A DNA stretch of 64,000 nucleotides, taken from an uncultured Gemmatimonadales bacterium. GTDB taxonomy: Bacteria; Gemmatimonadota; Gemmatimonadetes; Gemmatimonadales; GWC2-71-9. The stretch is taken from positions 1 through 64,000 of the forward strand of contig CAWGSK010000003.1 in assembly GCA_963825055.1 (NCBI GenBank), read 5' to 3'. The translations under genes were made by a program, and so were the position numbers. Below, piece after piece: positions 49,171 to 59,148 of the stretch (its first letter is position 1; each line of letters opens with the position of its first letter). Below the pieces are notes generated by a model. That model worked only from the letters and a program-made list of their open reading frames with translations, did no database searches and was not told the origin of the DNA.

Positions 49171-49260
49171 GGGACAACCTGCCCACCAGTTGACTGGCGT
49201 CACAGAAATACACCGCAAATGGTTGCACTGTGTGCCCCTGACCATTTTTGGAGGCATACC

Positions 49261-49716
49261 ATGAGGTTCGCAATCATGATGGCGTCGGCAGGCCTTCTCG
49301 CCGCCTGCGCCTCGAATCCTTCACCGGACATGGAACCCGAGTCAGGGGCCACGGTCGCCACCTCTCCCGAACCCCCGGCCACGGGCCAGCCCATCCTGAC
49401 CCACGCATTCACCCAGGGGTCCAGCGATTTCGTGCGGCTCGACATGAAGAAGGGGATGACCTATCGCGCCGAGCTGGACCAGCCGGGTGTACAGCTCACG
49501 ATTGACCCGATCGGCGCCGGTACGCCCCGGCCATACGTGGCTCCGCTCATGTCGGGTGTCGGGGCCTCCGGCGGCTCCACCTACCAGATCCGGCCGGCGG
49601 CTGACGGCGTTTACCAGATACGGACCGTCGGTCCGTCCGGGGCGCACACCGCAACCCTGACCGTGTACGAGGCGCCTGCGCGCCGGAAAGCCCCGGCGGA
49701 CAGTTCAGGGATGTAG
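49261..49716 (+). CDS. Hypothetical lipoprotein
   Basis: GGAGG RBS and LAAC lipobox. Confidence 0.75.
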   Translation: MRFAIMMASAGLLAACASNPSPDMEPESGATVATSPEPPATGQPILTHAFTQGSSDFVRLDMKKGMTYRAELDQPGVQLTIDPIGAGTPRPYVAPLMSGVGASGGSTYQIRPAADGVYQIRTVGPSGAHTATLTVYEAPARRKAPADSSGM

Positions 49717-49729
49717 AACAGGAGAACCG

Positions 49730-50131
49730 ATGACAGACCGGGCAACGAAAGCTGAGCAGGACTGGGCCGGCAAGCTGTCCCCCGAGGAGTACCGGATCAC
49801 CCGCCAGAAGGGCACCGAGCGGGCTTTCAGCGGCCGGTACTGGGACACGAAGGAACCGGGGACATACCGCTGCGTATGCTGCGGGAATCCCCTCTTCTCC
49901 TCGGAGACGAAATACGATTCGGGCACCGGCTGGCCCAGCTTCACCGATGTCGCCACCCCGGAGAGCGTGCGATCGGAGGAAGACCACACCCTCTTCATGC
50001 GGCGCACCGAAGTCCTTTGCCGGCAGTGCGACGCCCACCTCGGACACGTCTTCCCCGACGGCCCGGGCCCGAACGGGCTCAGGTACTGCATCAATTCGGC
50101 ATCGCTGAAGCTGGAAAAGGACGGGGAGTAG
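49730..50131 (+). CDS. msrB: Methionine-R-sulfoxide reductase
   Basis: [23 protein letters not shown] and RYCINS. Confidence 0.96.
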   Translation: MTDRATKAEQDWAGKLSPEEYRITRQKGTERAFSGRYWDTKEPGTYRCVCCGNPLFSSETKYDSGTGWPSFTDVATPESVRSEEDHTLFMRRTEVLCRQCDAHLGHVFPDGPGPNGLRYCINSASLKLEKDGE

Positions 50132-50199
50132 GCAGAGGCAGGAGGCAGTAGGGCATACCGCCACTGCCCATCGCCCACCTGGCGGCTGCCTGCTGCCAA

Positions 50200-50285
50200 T
50201 TTGCCGACTGCCGACTCCCGACTCCCGACTGCCGACTATCCCTACTCCCTACTCCCTACTCCCTACTCCCCTCTGCCCTCTGCCT
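50200..50285. repeat. Tandem 7-mer (GCCGACT/CCCGACT/CCCTACT) repeats
   Basis: Directly visible in the sequence. Confidence 0.9.
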
Positions 50286-50347
50286 TTTCTGCCCCATCCG
50301 GTGCCCCCATCCCCCCATGTATATTCCAGATTCACCAGCAACGAGAC

Positions 50348-51574
50348 ATGACAGGCATGAAAACCCAGGGACAACAGAAGGACGTGCTCTTCCTCTCGGG
50401 CGTCCGCACCGGCTTCGGCTCGTTCGGCGGCACGCTCAAGGACTTCACCGCCACCGATCTCGGCACCATCGCGGCGGCAGGCGCGCTCGAGCGCTCGGGG
50501 GTGGCCCCCGGCGATATCGATCACGTCGTGTTCGGGAACGCACTCCAGACCTCCGCGGATGCCATTTACCTGGCCCGGCACGTGGGCCTCCGGGCCGGCC
50601 TCCCCATCGAGACCCCGGCCGTCACGGTCAACCGCCTGTGCGGCAGCGGCTTCGAGAGCATCATCCAGGGCGCCCAGCAGATCCTGCTGGGTGAGTCCGA
50701 CATTGTCCTGGCGGGCGGGGCCGAGTCGATGAGCCAGGCCCCGCACGTCGTGCGTGGTGCCCGCTGGGGACTCCGTCTCGGGCCGGCACCGCCGTTCGAG
50801 GACCTGCTCTGGGAGTCGCTCAAGGATCCGCAGTGCGGATTCTCCATGGCGGAAACGGCCGAGAACCTCGCGGACAAGCACGGTATCAGCCGGGAGGCAG
50901 TGGACGCCTATGCCCTCCGGAGCCAGCAGGCAGCGCGTGATGCCTGGGCCGAGGGTCGCTACGCCGACGAGGTCATCGAGGTACCGGTGAAGAATCGCCG
51001 GACGAAACAGACCGAGGGGTGGGCGGCCGACGAGCACATGCGCCCGGAGACCACCGCGGAAGGCCTTGCCAGGCTCCCCCCGTACTTCAAGAAGGATGGC
51101 GTCGTCACGGCCGGGAATGCCTCCGGCATCTGTGATGGCGCGGCGGCGGTGGTGATCGCCGGTGAGGATGTCGCGGCGAAACACGGCGCGCCGATCGGGC
51201 GTCTGGTCGCGTGGGCGGTGGCCGGGGTCGAGCCGAAGTTCATGGGCATCGGTCCGGTACCGGCAGCGCGGAAGGCCCTCGCGAAAGCGGGCATGTCGCT
51301 CGACCAGATGGACCTGGTCGAGGTGAACGAGGCCTTCTCCGCCCAGTACCTGGCCGTGGAGCGCGAACTGGGCCTGGACCGCGAGCGCACCAACGTGGAC
51401 GGGGGCGCGATCGCAATCGGGCACCCGCTCGCCGCCACCGGGAGCCGGATCACCCTGCACCTGCTGCATGCGCTCAGGCGGCGGGGCCAGCGCTACGGGC
51501 TCGGGAGCGCCTGCATCGGCGGCGGCCAGGGCGCGGCGGTGATCGTCGAAGCCTTCCCCAGCCAGGAGTCCTGA
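50348..51574 (+). CDS. Acetyl-CoA acyltransferase (thiolase)
   Basis: NRLCGSG, NEAF, GHP and CIGGGQG. Confidence 0.95.
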   Translation: MTGMKTQGQQKDVLFLSGVRTGFGSFGGTLKDFTATDLGTIAAAGALERSGVAPGDIDHVVFGNALQTSADAIYLARHVGLRAGLPIETPAVTVNRLCGSGFESIIQGAQQILLGESDIVLAGGAESMSQAPHVVRGARWGLRLGPAPPFEDLLWESLKDPQCGFSMAETAENLADKHGISREAVDAYALRSQQAARDAWAEGRYADEVIEVPVKNRRTKQTEGWAADEHMRPETTAEGLARLPPYFKKDGVVTAGNASGICDGAAAVVIAGEDVAAKHGAPIGRLVAWAVAGVEPKFMGIGPVPAARKALAKAGMSLDQMDLVEVNEAFSAQYLAVERELGLDRERTNVDGGAIAIGHPLAATGSRITLHLLHALRRRGQRYGLGSACIGGGQGAAVIVEAFPSQES

Positions 51575-51575
51575 C

Positions 51576-52436
51576 ATGGAAGTCCTACTTGGCGTGCTGG
51601 GTGTCGTCGCAGCCTACTCGTTCGCGAGCCTCAGGGTCATCAAGCAGTACGAGCGCGCCGTCACCTTCTTCCTGGGCCGGTACTGGGGGACAAAGGGGCC
51701 GGGGCTGATATTCGTCCCGGCCCTGATCGCCAACCAGCGGCGGGTGTCGCTCCGGATCATGGCACTCGACATCCCGCCGCAGGACGTCATTACCCGGGAC
51801 AACGTCTCGGTGAAGGTGAACGCCGTCCTGTACATGAAGGTGAGTGACCCGGGTCGCGCGGTGATCGAGATCGAGGATTACCGCTACGCCTGCAGCCAGC
51901 TGGCCCAGACGACTCTCCGGTCGGTCCTGGGCGAGGTGGAGCTGGACGAACTGCTGGCCGACCGTGAGAAGATCAACGGCATCCTCAAGCGGATCATCGA
52001 CGAACGCACCGATCCCTGGGGCATCGAGGTGTCCGCGGTCGAGGTGAAGGACGTGGATCTGCCGACGGAAATGAAGCGCGCCATGGCGCGGCAGGCCGAA
52101 GCCGAGCGGGAACGTCGCGCCAAGGTGATCGCGGCGCAGGGCGAGCTGCAGGCAAGCCAGACCCTCGCGGATGCCGCGCGGACCCTCGCCCAGGAGCCGA
52201 GCGCGATCCAGTTGCGCTACCTGCAGACGGTCACCGAGATCGCCGCGGAGAACAACTCCACCACGATATTCCCGATCCCCATCGACCTGTTCAAGCCGTT
52301 CATGAAGATGGCCGAACAGATGAGCGAGAAATCCGGGGGCGCCCCGGCCCTGCCCTCGGGCGCGGAGTCGATGACCCTCCCGCGCTTCGCGACGGAAGGT
52401 GCAGCCGAGCCCGCGCGCCGGAAGTCACAGGACTGA
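51576..52436 (+). CDS. SPFH/stomatin-like (slipin) protein
   Basis: [19 protein letters not shown] and [11 protein letters not shown]. Confidence 0.92.
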   Translation: MEVLLGVLGVVAAYSFASLRVIKQYERAVTFFLGRYWGTKGPGLIFVPALIANQRRVSLRIMALDIPPQDVITRDNVSVKVNAVLYMKVSDPGRAVIEIEDYRYACSQLAQTTLRSVLGEVELDELLADREKINGILKRIIDERTDPWGIEVSAVEVKDVDLPTEMKRAMARQAEAERERRAKVIAAQGELQASQTLADAARTLAQEPSAIQLRYLQTVTEIAAENNSTTIFPIPIDLFKPFMKMAEQMSEKSGGAPALPSGAESMTLPRFATEGAAEPARRKSQD

Positions 52437-52440
52437 GCCG

Positions 52441-53262
52441 ATGGCGGGCGGGCTCCCAGCGCGCATCAACCGGGACGCGCTCGAGCGCATCATCCAGCGC
52501 GCGGCCGAGCTCCAGACCGGTAACCGGGAAATCGGCGATGCGCTGACGCCCGAGGAAGTCATCGCGCTCGGGCGTGATGTCGGCATCCCCGAGGGTTACC
52601 TCCGCCAGGCGATGCTCGAGGAGCAGACCCGGACCGAGGTTATCCCCGGTTCCGGGATCCTCGATCACTGGGTCGGCGTGCCGGAATGCGCCGCCGAGCG
52701 TGTGCTCGCCGGGACGGTGGAAGGCCTCGAGGACACTCTCCTCCGGTGGATGGCCGAGGAGGAGACCCTGACCGTCCAGCGCCACACGCCCGGTCGCATC
52801 ACCTGGGAACCCCTGACCGACTTTCAGGCCCACATGCGGCGCGCGTTCCGGTCCGGTCGGCGCCCCTTCATGCTGATCAAGGCCGACATCGTGACGGCGA
52901 CGCTCTCGCCGCTGGAAACCGGCTACGTGCACGTCGCGCTCCGTGCAACCGCGCTGAAGCAGCGCAGCGCCTGGGTGGGCGGCAGCGCCGCGCTCGCGAC
53001 CGGAGGGATTGCGGCGGCTGGAATCATGACGGCGCTCGGTGCATTCCTCCCCGTCGCCCTCGCCCCCATCGTGGTGATGTCCGCCCTCGGATACGGGGTC
53101 GGCCGCCAGTATCGCCGCGTCCCCCAGCGGCTGCAACTCGGGCTGGAGCGAATCCTGGACCAGCTTGAGCGCGGCACCATCCGCGCCAGGCATGAACTCC
53201 CCAGGCGATCCCCCGGCGTCCTCGGCATCATCGAGGAAGTCCGGAAGGCCCTGAACCCCTGA
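52441..53262 (+). CDS. Hypothetical membrane protein
   Basis: IIQRAAELQ...GRDVGI N-domain and C-terminal TM hairpin. Confidence 0.75.
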   Translation: MAGGLPARINRDALERIIQRAAELQTGNREIGDALTPEEVIALGRDVGIPEGYLRQAMLEEQTRTEVIPGSGILDHWVGVPECAAERVLAGTVEGLEDTLLRWMAEEETLTVQRHTPGRITWEPLTDFQAHMRRAFRSGRRPFMLIKADIVTATLSPLETGYVHVALRATALKQRSAWVGGSAALATGGIAAAGIMTALGAFLPVALAPIVVMSALGYGVGRQYRRVPQRLQLGLERILDQLERGTIRARHELPRRSPGVLGIIEEVRKALNP

Positions 53263-53280
53263 CACGACGAGTGAAATCGC

Positions 53281-54168
53281 ATGGCTGAAATCAAGAAGGT
53301 CGGCGTCCTTGGCTGCGGTCTCATGGGCAGCGGCATCGCCCAGGTCGCGGCCGCGGCCGGGTATGAAACCGTGGTCCGCGAAGTCGCCCAGGCGCCCCTG
53401 GACAAGGGCCGGGCGGGGATCACAAAATCCCTCGACAAGTTCGTCGAGAAGGGCAAGCTGGTCCAGGCGGACCGGGACGCGACCCTGGGCCGGCTGTCCT
53501 TCGTGACGGACCTGAAGGCGCTGGCCGACTGCGACATCGTCATCGAGGCAGTGACCGAAGACCTGGAACTCAAGAACGGCATGTGGAAGGAGCTTGATGG
53601 ACTGTGTCCGGAGCACACCATCTTCGCGTCGAACACCTCGAGCCTGACCATCGCGGCGATGGCCGCCGCCACATCCCGCGCGGACCGCTTCGTGGGCCTC
53701 CACTTCTTCAACCCCGTCCCGCTCATGAAGCTGGTCGAGGTGGTTCGCACGGTCACGACGAGCCCGGCCGCGTTCGACCGCGCGCTGGCCTTCGCGAAAA
53801 GCCTGGGGAAGGAGGCCGTCGCGGCGAAGGACAACTCGGGTTTCATCGTGAACCTGCTCCTGGTGCCGTACCTCCTCGACGCCATTCGCGCCCTGGAGCA
53901 CGGAGTCGGCAGCATCGTGGACATCGACAACGCCATGAAACTCGGATGCGGATACCCGATGGGACCGCTCACCCTGCTCGACTTCGTGGGCAACGACACG
54001 ACGTACAAGATCGCGGAGATCATGTTCGACGAATACCGGGAGGCGCGGTACGCGCCGCCCCCGCTGCTCAAGCGTATGGTTCTGGCTGGCTACTACGGAC
54101 GGAAGAGCGGCCGGGGGTTCTACGATTACGCGGGTGACCAGCCGGCACCGATGGACCTCGGGCTCTGA
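53281..54168 (+). CDS. hbd: 3-hydroxybutyryl-CoA dehydrogenase
   Basis: GCGLMGSGIA, ASNTSS, HFFNP and PMGP. Confidence 0.9.
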   Translation: MAEIKKVGVLGCGLMGSGIAQVAAAAGYETVVREVAQAPLDKGRAGITKSLDKFVEKGKLVQADRDATLGRLSFVTDLKALADCDIVIEAVTEDLELKNGMWKELDGLCPEHTIFASNTSSLTIAAMAAATSRADRFVGLHFFNPVPLMKLVEVVRTVTTSPAAFDRALAFAKSLGKEAVAAKDNSGFIVNLLLVPYLLDAIRALEHGVGSIVDIDNAMKLGCGYPMGPLTLLDFVGNDTTYKIAEIMFDEYREARYAPPPLLKRMVLAGYYGRKSGRGFYDYAGDQPAPMDLGL

Positions 54169-54665
54169 GACAGCAACAGGCGTCATCCGCCCGTTTCACC
54201 CTGGCTCTCGTGGCCGTGCTGGCCGCGTGCCAGCCGGCCACAACCCGGCCGACCTACACGCCCTTCCCGCAGGACGTCGCCCTCGCCCTGCACCTGCCCG
54301 TCGACAGTGCCACCCGGGCCATCACGGACGCCCTGCGGGCGGACAGCATCCCCGTGGCCCGCAGCGCCCCCCGGGACGGCTACGTGGAGACCCCGTGGTT
54401 CGACGCCATGACGCTGCGTCCCGCGGGTGACCGCAGTTTCGGTGCGGGCCACGTGCGGATCCGTGCCTGGATCGATCCGACCCGACCACGGGAATCCGAG
54501 GCCCGGATCGAGGGAGTGTACCGCCCCCTGGCGGATCCGTCTCTCCCTGGGCGCGAGCTGGAGAAACCGCTGCCCGCCGGCCATCCGGTGGCGCTGCGTC
54601 TCGCGGCGATCATCCGGACCCTGCTCGAGGAACATGGCGAGCTGCCCCCATCCGCAGGGACCTGA
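54165..54665 (+). CDS. Hypothetical lipoprotein
   Basis: LAAC lipobox; a complete signal peptide needs a start upstream of GTG 54210 (CTG 54165). Confidence 0.7.
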   Translation: MRQQQASSARFTLALVAVLAACQPATTRPTYTPFPQDVALALHLPVDSATRAITDALRADSIPVARSAPRDGYVETPWFDAMTLRPAGDRSFGAGHVRIRAWIDPTRPRESEARIEGVYRPLADPSLPGRELEKPLPAGHPVALRLAAIIRTLLEEHGELPPSAGT

Positions 54666-57584
54666 TCAGCCGGCCTTGCGTCTCCGAGCGCCCGCAGCTG
54701 GCACCGCGAGCCGGTGGTCATCGCGCAGCAGGGTCGAAAAGACCTCGGCGGTCACCGGCCGCGCGAAGAGATAGCCCTGGACCTCTTCGCAGCCCTGCGC
54801 CGAGAGGAACGCGAGTTGTTCCAGCGTCTCCACCCCTTCCGCAATGACGTGCAGGTCCATGGCGTGGGCCATCGCGATGATGGCCGACGCGATCGCGGTG
54901 TGCTCGGCGTCGTCGGGCACGCCGCAGACGAACGACCGGTCGACCTTCAGCGTGTCCAGCGGGAAGTGCTTGAGGTAGCTGAGGGAGGAATAGCCCGTCC
55001 CGAAATCGTCGATCGAAAGCCGGACCCCCATCGCCTTGAAGGCATTGAGGGTGGCGATGTTCTCGTCAACCTGCTGCATCAGGATGCTCTCGGTCAGCTC
55101 CAGTTCCAGCGAGGCCGGGTCCAGTCGGGTGTCCCGGAGCGTCCGCCGGACCATGTCGATCAGGTCGCGCTGGCGGAACTGGCGGCTCGAGAGGTTGACG
55201 GCCACACGCACCGGGGGCAACCCGGCCTCGCGCCACGCCTGCGACTGGGCGCAGGCGGTCCGGAGGATCCACTCGCCGAGCGGGGCGATGAGGCCGGTTT
55301 CCTCCGCAAGGGGAATGAACGACAGCGGCGAGACGAGCCCGAGCCGGGGATGCTGCCAGCGGACCAGCGCCTCCATGCCGACAATGCGTCCCGTGGCCAG
55401 GTCCGCGAGCGGCTGGTAATGCATGACGAACTCCTTCCGCTCGATCCCGTGGCGGAGTTCGTTCTCCAGCGTCAGGCGGGTCAGGGCCATCTCGTTCATG
55501 GACCGTGAGTACATCTGGAAGTTGTTCCGGCCCTGCTGCTTGGCGTGGTACATGGCGCTGTCGGCGTTCTTCAGCAGGCCCTCGATATCGTCGCCGTCAT
55601 CGGGGAATACCGCGATCCCGATGCTGGCGGTCACGAACACCTCCTGTCCCCCGAGCGCGAAGGGTTCGCTGAACGTCTGCAGCAGGCGCTGGGCCACTCG
55701 CGCGGCCGCCTGGGGCTCATGGATATCGGGAAGAATGATCGTGAATTCGTCACCGCCGAGCCGGGCGACGCTGGTCTGCTGGCGGACCTTCCCCCGCCCC
55801 ACCTCATCGCTGGTGCGGCAGCAGGCGGAAATCCGGCTGGCGACGTCCCGTACGAGCTGGTCCCCGAGGTCATGGCCCAGCGTGTCGTTGATCCGGCCGA
55901 AATGGTCCAGGTCGAGGAAGAACACCGCGACCTGCAGGCGCTCACGGCGTGCGCGCGCCAGTGCCTGCTGCAGGCGCTCACGGTTGAGTACGCGGTTCGG
56001 CAGGTGGGTGAGGCTGTCGTAATAGGCCAGGAACCTGACCTGGTCAAGCATGCGCACGTTGGAGAGCGCCACCGCCACCTGGTCGGCAATGCCGCGCGCG
56101 TGCTCGAGATCTTCCGGCATGGTCGGCATCGTGTTCGCATTGCCAAGCACGATGACGCCGGAGAGCTCGTCCTTCACGATCAGGGGCAGGAGCACGAAGG
56201 ACCGTGCGCCGGCCGCCGCGGGAACCGCGAGATATTCCGGGCTCCTCTGGCTGTCCTCGGGGAGCAGGACGATCATGCGCGGGTTGCGCTCGAGGAACTT
56301 CCGGTCCCCTTCCGTCAGGCTGCAGGGAGACTCCGAGGTATCGGCCTGGGGTCCGGCGATGCGCGTAAAGGTCCGCGCCAGTGACGCCTCACCCGGGTCG
56401 AGCATGGTCACCGCGACCACGTCGCACGGATATACCTCACGCAGGCGCGACAGGACCGTATCGATGATGTGTGACGTGTCCAGCGCGGAAAGAATCGCGC
56501 GATCGATCGCCGCCCCGGTGCGAAGCGCGCTGAACTGGCGACCCAGTCGCGTCGCCATGGCATTGAAGGCGTCGCCCAGTTCCTCGAATTCGTCCCGGCT
56601 CCGGATGGTGACCCGACTCTCGAAATCCCGGCCCGCGATGCGACGGGTGCCGTGCTGCAGGGCACGAAGCGGCCCGAGGCCGCGGCGGATCTGGCGCACG
56701 CCCATGAGCATCACCACCCACAGGCAGAGCAGCAGCAGCAGGATGAAGTTGCGACGGAATGAGGCCAGAGGCGCGAAGATGTCGGCCTGCGACTCGCTCA
56801 CCACCAGCGTCCACCGCGGGGCGAAGAAGGAGCTCTTGAGGGGCACCGACCACCAGGTGGCACGATGGGCACCGCCCTCGCCGATCCACTCGAAGGTGCC
56901 GCTCGGCGACCGCCCAATCGCACTCACATGTTCAGAGGCGAAGGCGGAAGGGGCATCCACCGAGCGAAACAGCACGCGATTGTCACTGTCGAGCACCGCC
57001 AGCTGCATGGACGCGGACACGACGTTCTGCTGCGGGAGTCCCCAGAGCTGATCCTGGTTGAGCAGTGCCACGATCGTGCCCAGTTCGGGGCGATCCTCCG
57101 CCACCCGCCGGACCATGAACAGCAGCCGGCGACCATCCGTGGCGTCCACCGTGGTGATCAGCGTGCGACCAAGTCGCACATGGCCCAGTTCATTCCTGGT
57201 CAGCGTGGGAACCGTGTCGACAAACCCGGACAGCGGGATCTCCGTCCCGTACGAGGAAACGATACTCACGCCGCTGAACCAGCGATCGCTCTGCTCGTCG
57301 AGGCCGGGGAGCCGGCGGGCTCCCGCCTTCTTGAGCAGTTCCTCCGGACGGAGGCGGCGCAATTCCGCATCGAGGAATGTCAGGCGGTCATACACCGCCA
57401 TCCCGATGGACCGGGTGGCCTGGGTGAGTCGCGCCTGGCTCTGCTCGTCCAGTTGCCGCCTCACCTGCCGGAAGGACAGTATGGCCAGGATCGTGAGGGG
57501 AACGATGGTGCACGTCACGAACATGAAGAGCAGGCGGCGGCCAAAACGGCTCCGCACGACGTAACGGCTCAGCAACCCCGCCAC
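54666..57584 (-). CDS. Membrane HAMP-GAF-GGDEF-EAL protein
   Basis: Two TM segments, periplasmic domain, HAMP, GGDEF, EAL and DDFGTGYSSL. Confidence 0.92.
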   Translation of the reverse strand: MAGLLSRYVVRSRFGRRLLFMFVTCTIVPLTILAILSFRQVRRQLDEQSQARLTQATRSIGMAVYDRLTFLDAELRRLRPEELLKKAGARRLPGLDEQSDRWFSGVSIVSSYGTEIPLSGFVDTVPTLTRNELGHVRLGRTLITTVDATDGRRLLFMVRRVAEDRPELGTIVALLNQDQLWGLPQQNVVSASMQLAVLDSDNRVLFRSVDAPSAFASEHVSAIGRSPSGTFEWIGEGGAHRATWWSVPLKSSFFAPRWTLVVSESQADIFAPLASFRRNFILLLLLCLWVVMLMGVRQIRRGLGPLRALQHGTRRIAGRDFESRVTIRSRDEFEELGDAFNAMATRLGRQFSALRTGAAIDRAILSALDTSHIIDTVLSRLREVYPCDVVAVTMLDPGEASLARTFTRIAGPQADTSESPCSLTEGDRKFLERNPRMIVLLPEDSQRSPEYLAVPAAAGARSFVLLPLIVKDELSGVIVLGNANTMPTMPEDLEHARGIADQVAVALSNVRMLDQVRFLAYYDSLTHLPNRVLNRERLQQALARARRERLQVAVFFLDLDHFGRINDTLGHDLGDQLVRDVASRISACCRTSDEVGRGKVRQQTSVARLGGDEFTIILPDIHEPQAAARVAQRLLQTFSEPFALGGQEVFVTASIGIAVFPDDGDDIEGLLKNADSAMYHAKQQGRNNFQMYSRSMNEMALTRLTLENELRHGIERKEFVMHYQPLADLATGRIVGMEALVRWQHPRLGLVSPLSFIPLAEETGLIAPLGEWILRTACAQSQAWREAGLPPVRVAVNLSSRQFRQRDLIDMVRRTLRDTRLDPASLELELTESILMQQVDENIATLNAFKAMGVRLSIDDFGTGYSSLSYLKHFPLDTLKVDRSFVCGVPDDAEHTAIASAIIAMAHAMDLHVIAEGVETLEQLAFLSAQGCEEVQGYLFARPVTAEVFSTLLRDDHRLAVPAAGARRRKAG

Positions 57585-57585
57585 G

Positions 57586-58089
57586 TCAGTAGTCCCGTGC
57601 GAGGCCGAAGAAGGCGCCGCTCCCGGCCCGGACGATGTCGTCCAGGCTTTCCGCCGCGGTTACCAGCTGGGCTGACCGGCCGTCCGGGCCCGAGCTGTAG
57701 AGGTCGTAGTCTGAATTGAGCGGATAGCGGAACTTGTCGGCCCGGGGTGGCAGCCGGCGGTCGGCCAGGCGGCGGTAGACGTATGGCCGATCCCAGGGGT
57801 CGCGGAGCCCGGCCATCCCGATCGCATCCAGGTCGGCCGGAGGCCGGCCGCGGCTCATCGAGTAGGAGACGAGCCGGGCCTCGATATCGCGAAGGTCATG
57901 AAGTGCGTGGCGCACCTCCCGCTCCCGGCGATAGGCCCGCATTCCCGGCACGGTGATGGCCGCCAGCGTCCCGGCGATGGCGATGACCAGGACCACCTCG
58001 AGAACGGTGAACCCCAGGAGCACGGGACCCGCCAGGGAATCGATCCACCTTCGAGACCGATTCTTTTCGCCGAACCCCGGCTGGTCCAT
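57586..58089 (-). CDS. Prepilin-type (GspG-like) pseudopilin
   Basis: G|FTVLE cleavage/methylation motif, DPW..PY.Y and YDLYSSGPDG. Confidence 0.85.
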   Translation of the reverse strand: MDQPGFGEKNRSRRWIDSLAGPVLLGFTVLEVVLVIAIAGTLAAITVPGMRAYRREREVRHALHDLRDIEARLVSYSMSRGRPPADLDAIGMAGLRDPWDRPYVYRRLADRRLPPRADKFRYPLNSDYDLYSSGPDGRSAQLVTAAESLDDIVRAGSGAFFGLARDY

Positions 58090-58280
58090 TCCACCCCCCT
58101 GAGCGTTCAGTGCACGGCCACTTCGCTTGCATACACCCAGCAAAGCAATGACCATGCCCCCGGGGGGCAGTTTTCCAAGACATTGTACAACAGTGACTTA
58201 GGGAGAGTGCCACAGCCGGATGGAGGGATGCCACCGTGGGGTTCTGCGAGAGGGGAGTTCCCGGGCGGACCGGACGGCGA

Positions 58281-59090
58281 TCAGTCGAGGTAGGCCCGGA
58301 CCCACTCCTCGAGCTTCACGAGATCCAGTCCGGCATCCTTGCACGGCCCGGAGGGGAGGGTCATCGTCAGCCCCAGGACGGGGATCTTGCCGGCGACGTC
58401 ATGCAGCCCGCTCACCATGTCGCGCTCGCAGGCGACCGCCACCACAGCCCGCGGACGGCGCTCACGGATCACCCGGCGGGCGAGCTGCCCCCGGGTCGCC
58501 ACAAACACGGGCACCTCATGGCGCCCGGCGATCTGGAGCACGCCGTCCAGTGTCTGTTTCGAGAGACAACGCGGGATGAGCAGGAGCAGCTCTCCCTTTC
58601 CCACCTTCCGGCCACGCTCGAGCGCCAGCGCGTTATAAACCTTGACCGCGGCGTTCTCCACCCAGTCCCGCCGGCCAAATGCCCCGGCCACCCTCGAGCT
58701 GAGTCTCATCACCCGGAGAAAGGGACCGCGCTCGGCCAGCCGCTCGGGCAGCAGCGACCTGCGGAATACGTAGCTGCCCGCGAGCAGGAAATACCAGAGC
58801 CACGCGACAACCGCCACCAGGCCGAGGCCAACCCAGAGCGCGGGGGGAAGAACGGGATGCACGAGTGCAAGACGGGGCGCCAGGAGAAAGAGCAGCAGCG
58901 CCGCGGCACCGAGCGCGACGATCATGGCTCCGGCCGACCAGCCGAAGAACAGCGCGGGCGAGGAATCGAAATTGCCCTGATTGGGCAGGGGGGCCCCGTC
59001 CCATTCGTCCCATTCATGGCCCAGACGCCGGTCCACCTCGAGGTGGATCAACTGTGCGCGCGTGGAAGTCCCGGTCATGGGGAAGAACAT
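58281..59090 (-). CDS. DUF116-family membrane protein
   Basis: LLLIPRCL, VAVACERD and PCKD. Confidence 0.8.
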   Translation of the reverse strand: MFFPMTGTSTRAQLIHLEVDRRLGHEWDEWDGAPLPNQGNFDSSPALFFGWSAGAMIVALGAAALLLFLLAPRLALVHPVLPPALWVGLGLVAVVAWLWYFLLAGSYVFRRSLLPERLAERGPFLRVMRLSSRVAGAFGRRDWVENAAVKVYNALALERGRKVGKGELLLLIPRCLSKQTLDGVLQIAGRHEVPVFVATRGQLARRVIRERRPRAVVAVACERDMVSGLHDVAGKIPVLGLTMTLPSGPCKDAGLDLVKLEEWVRAYLD

Positions 59091-59148
59091 AGCGACTCAG
59101 GTCTGTCGACGCATACCGGTCACGTCACCGGGCCGGTACCTTTCTGCC

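Noticed and set aside
49730..50131. MsrB as a selenoprotein because it lies near selD
   Set aside because: The catalytic motif is RYCINS with a normal Cys codon.
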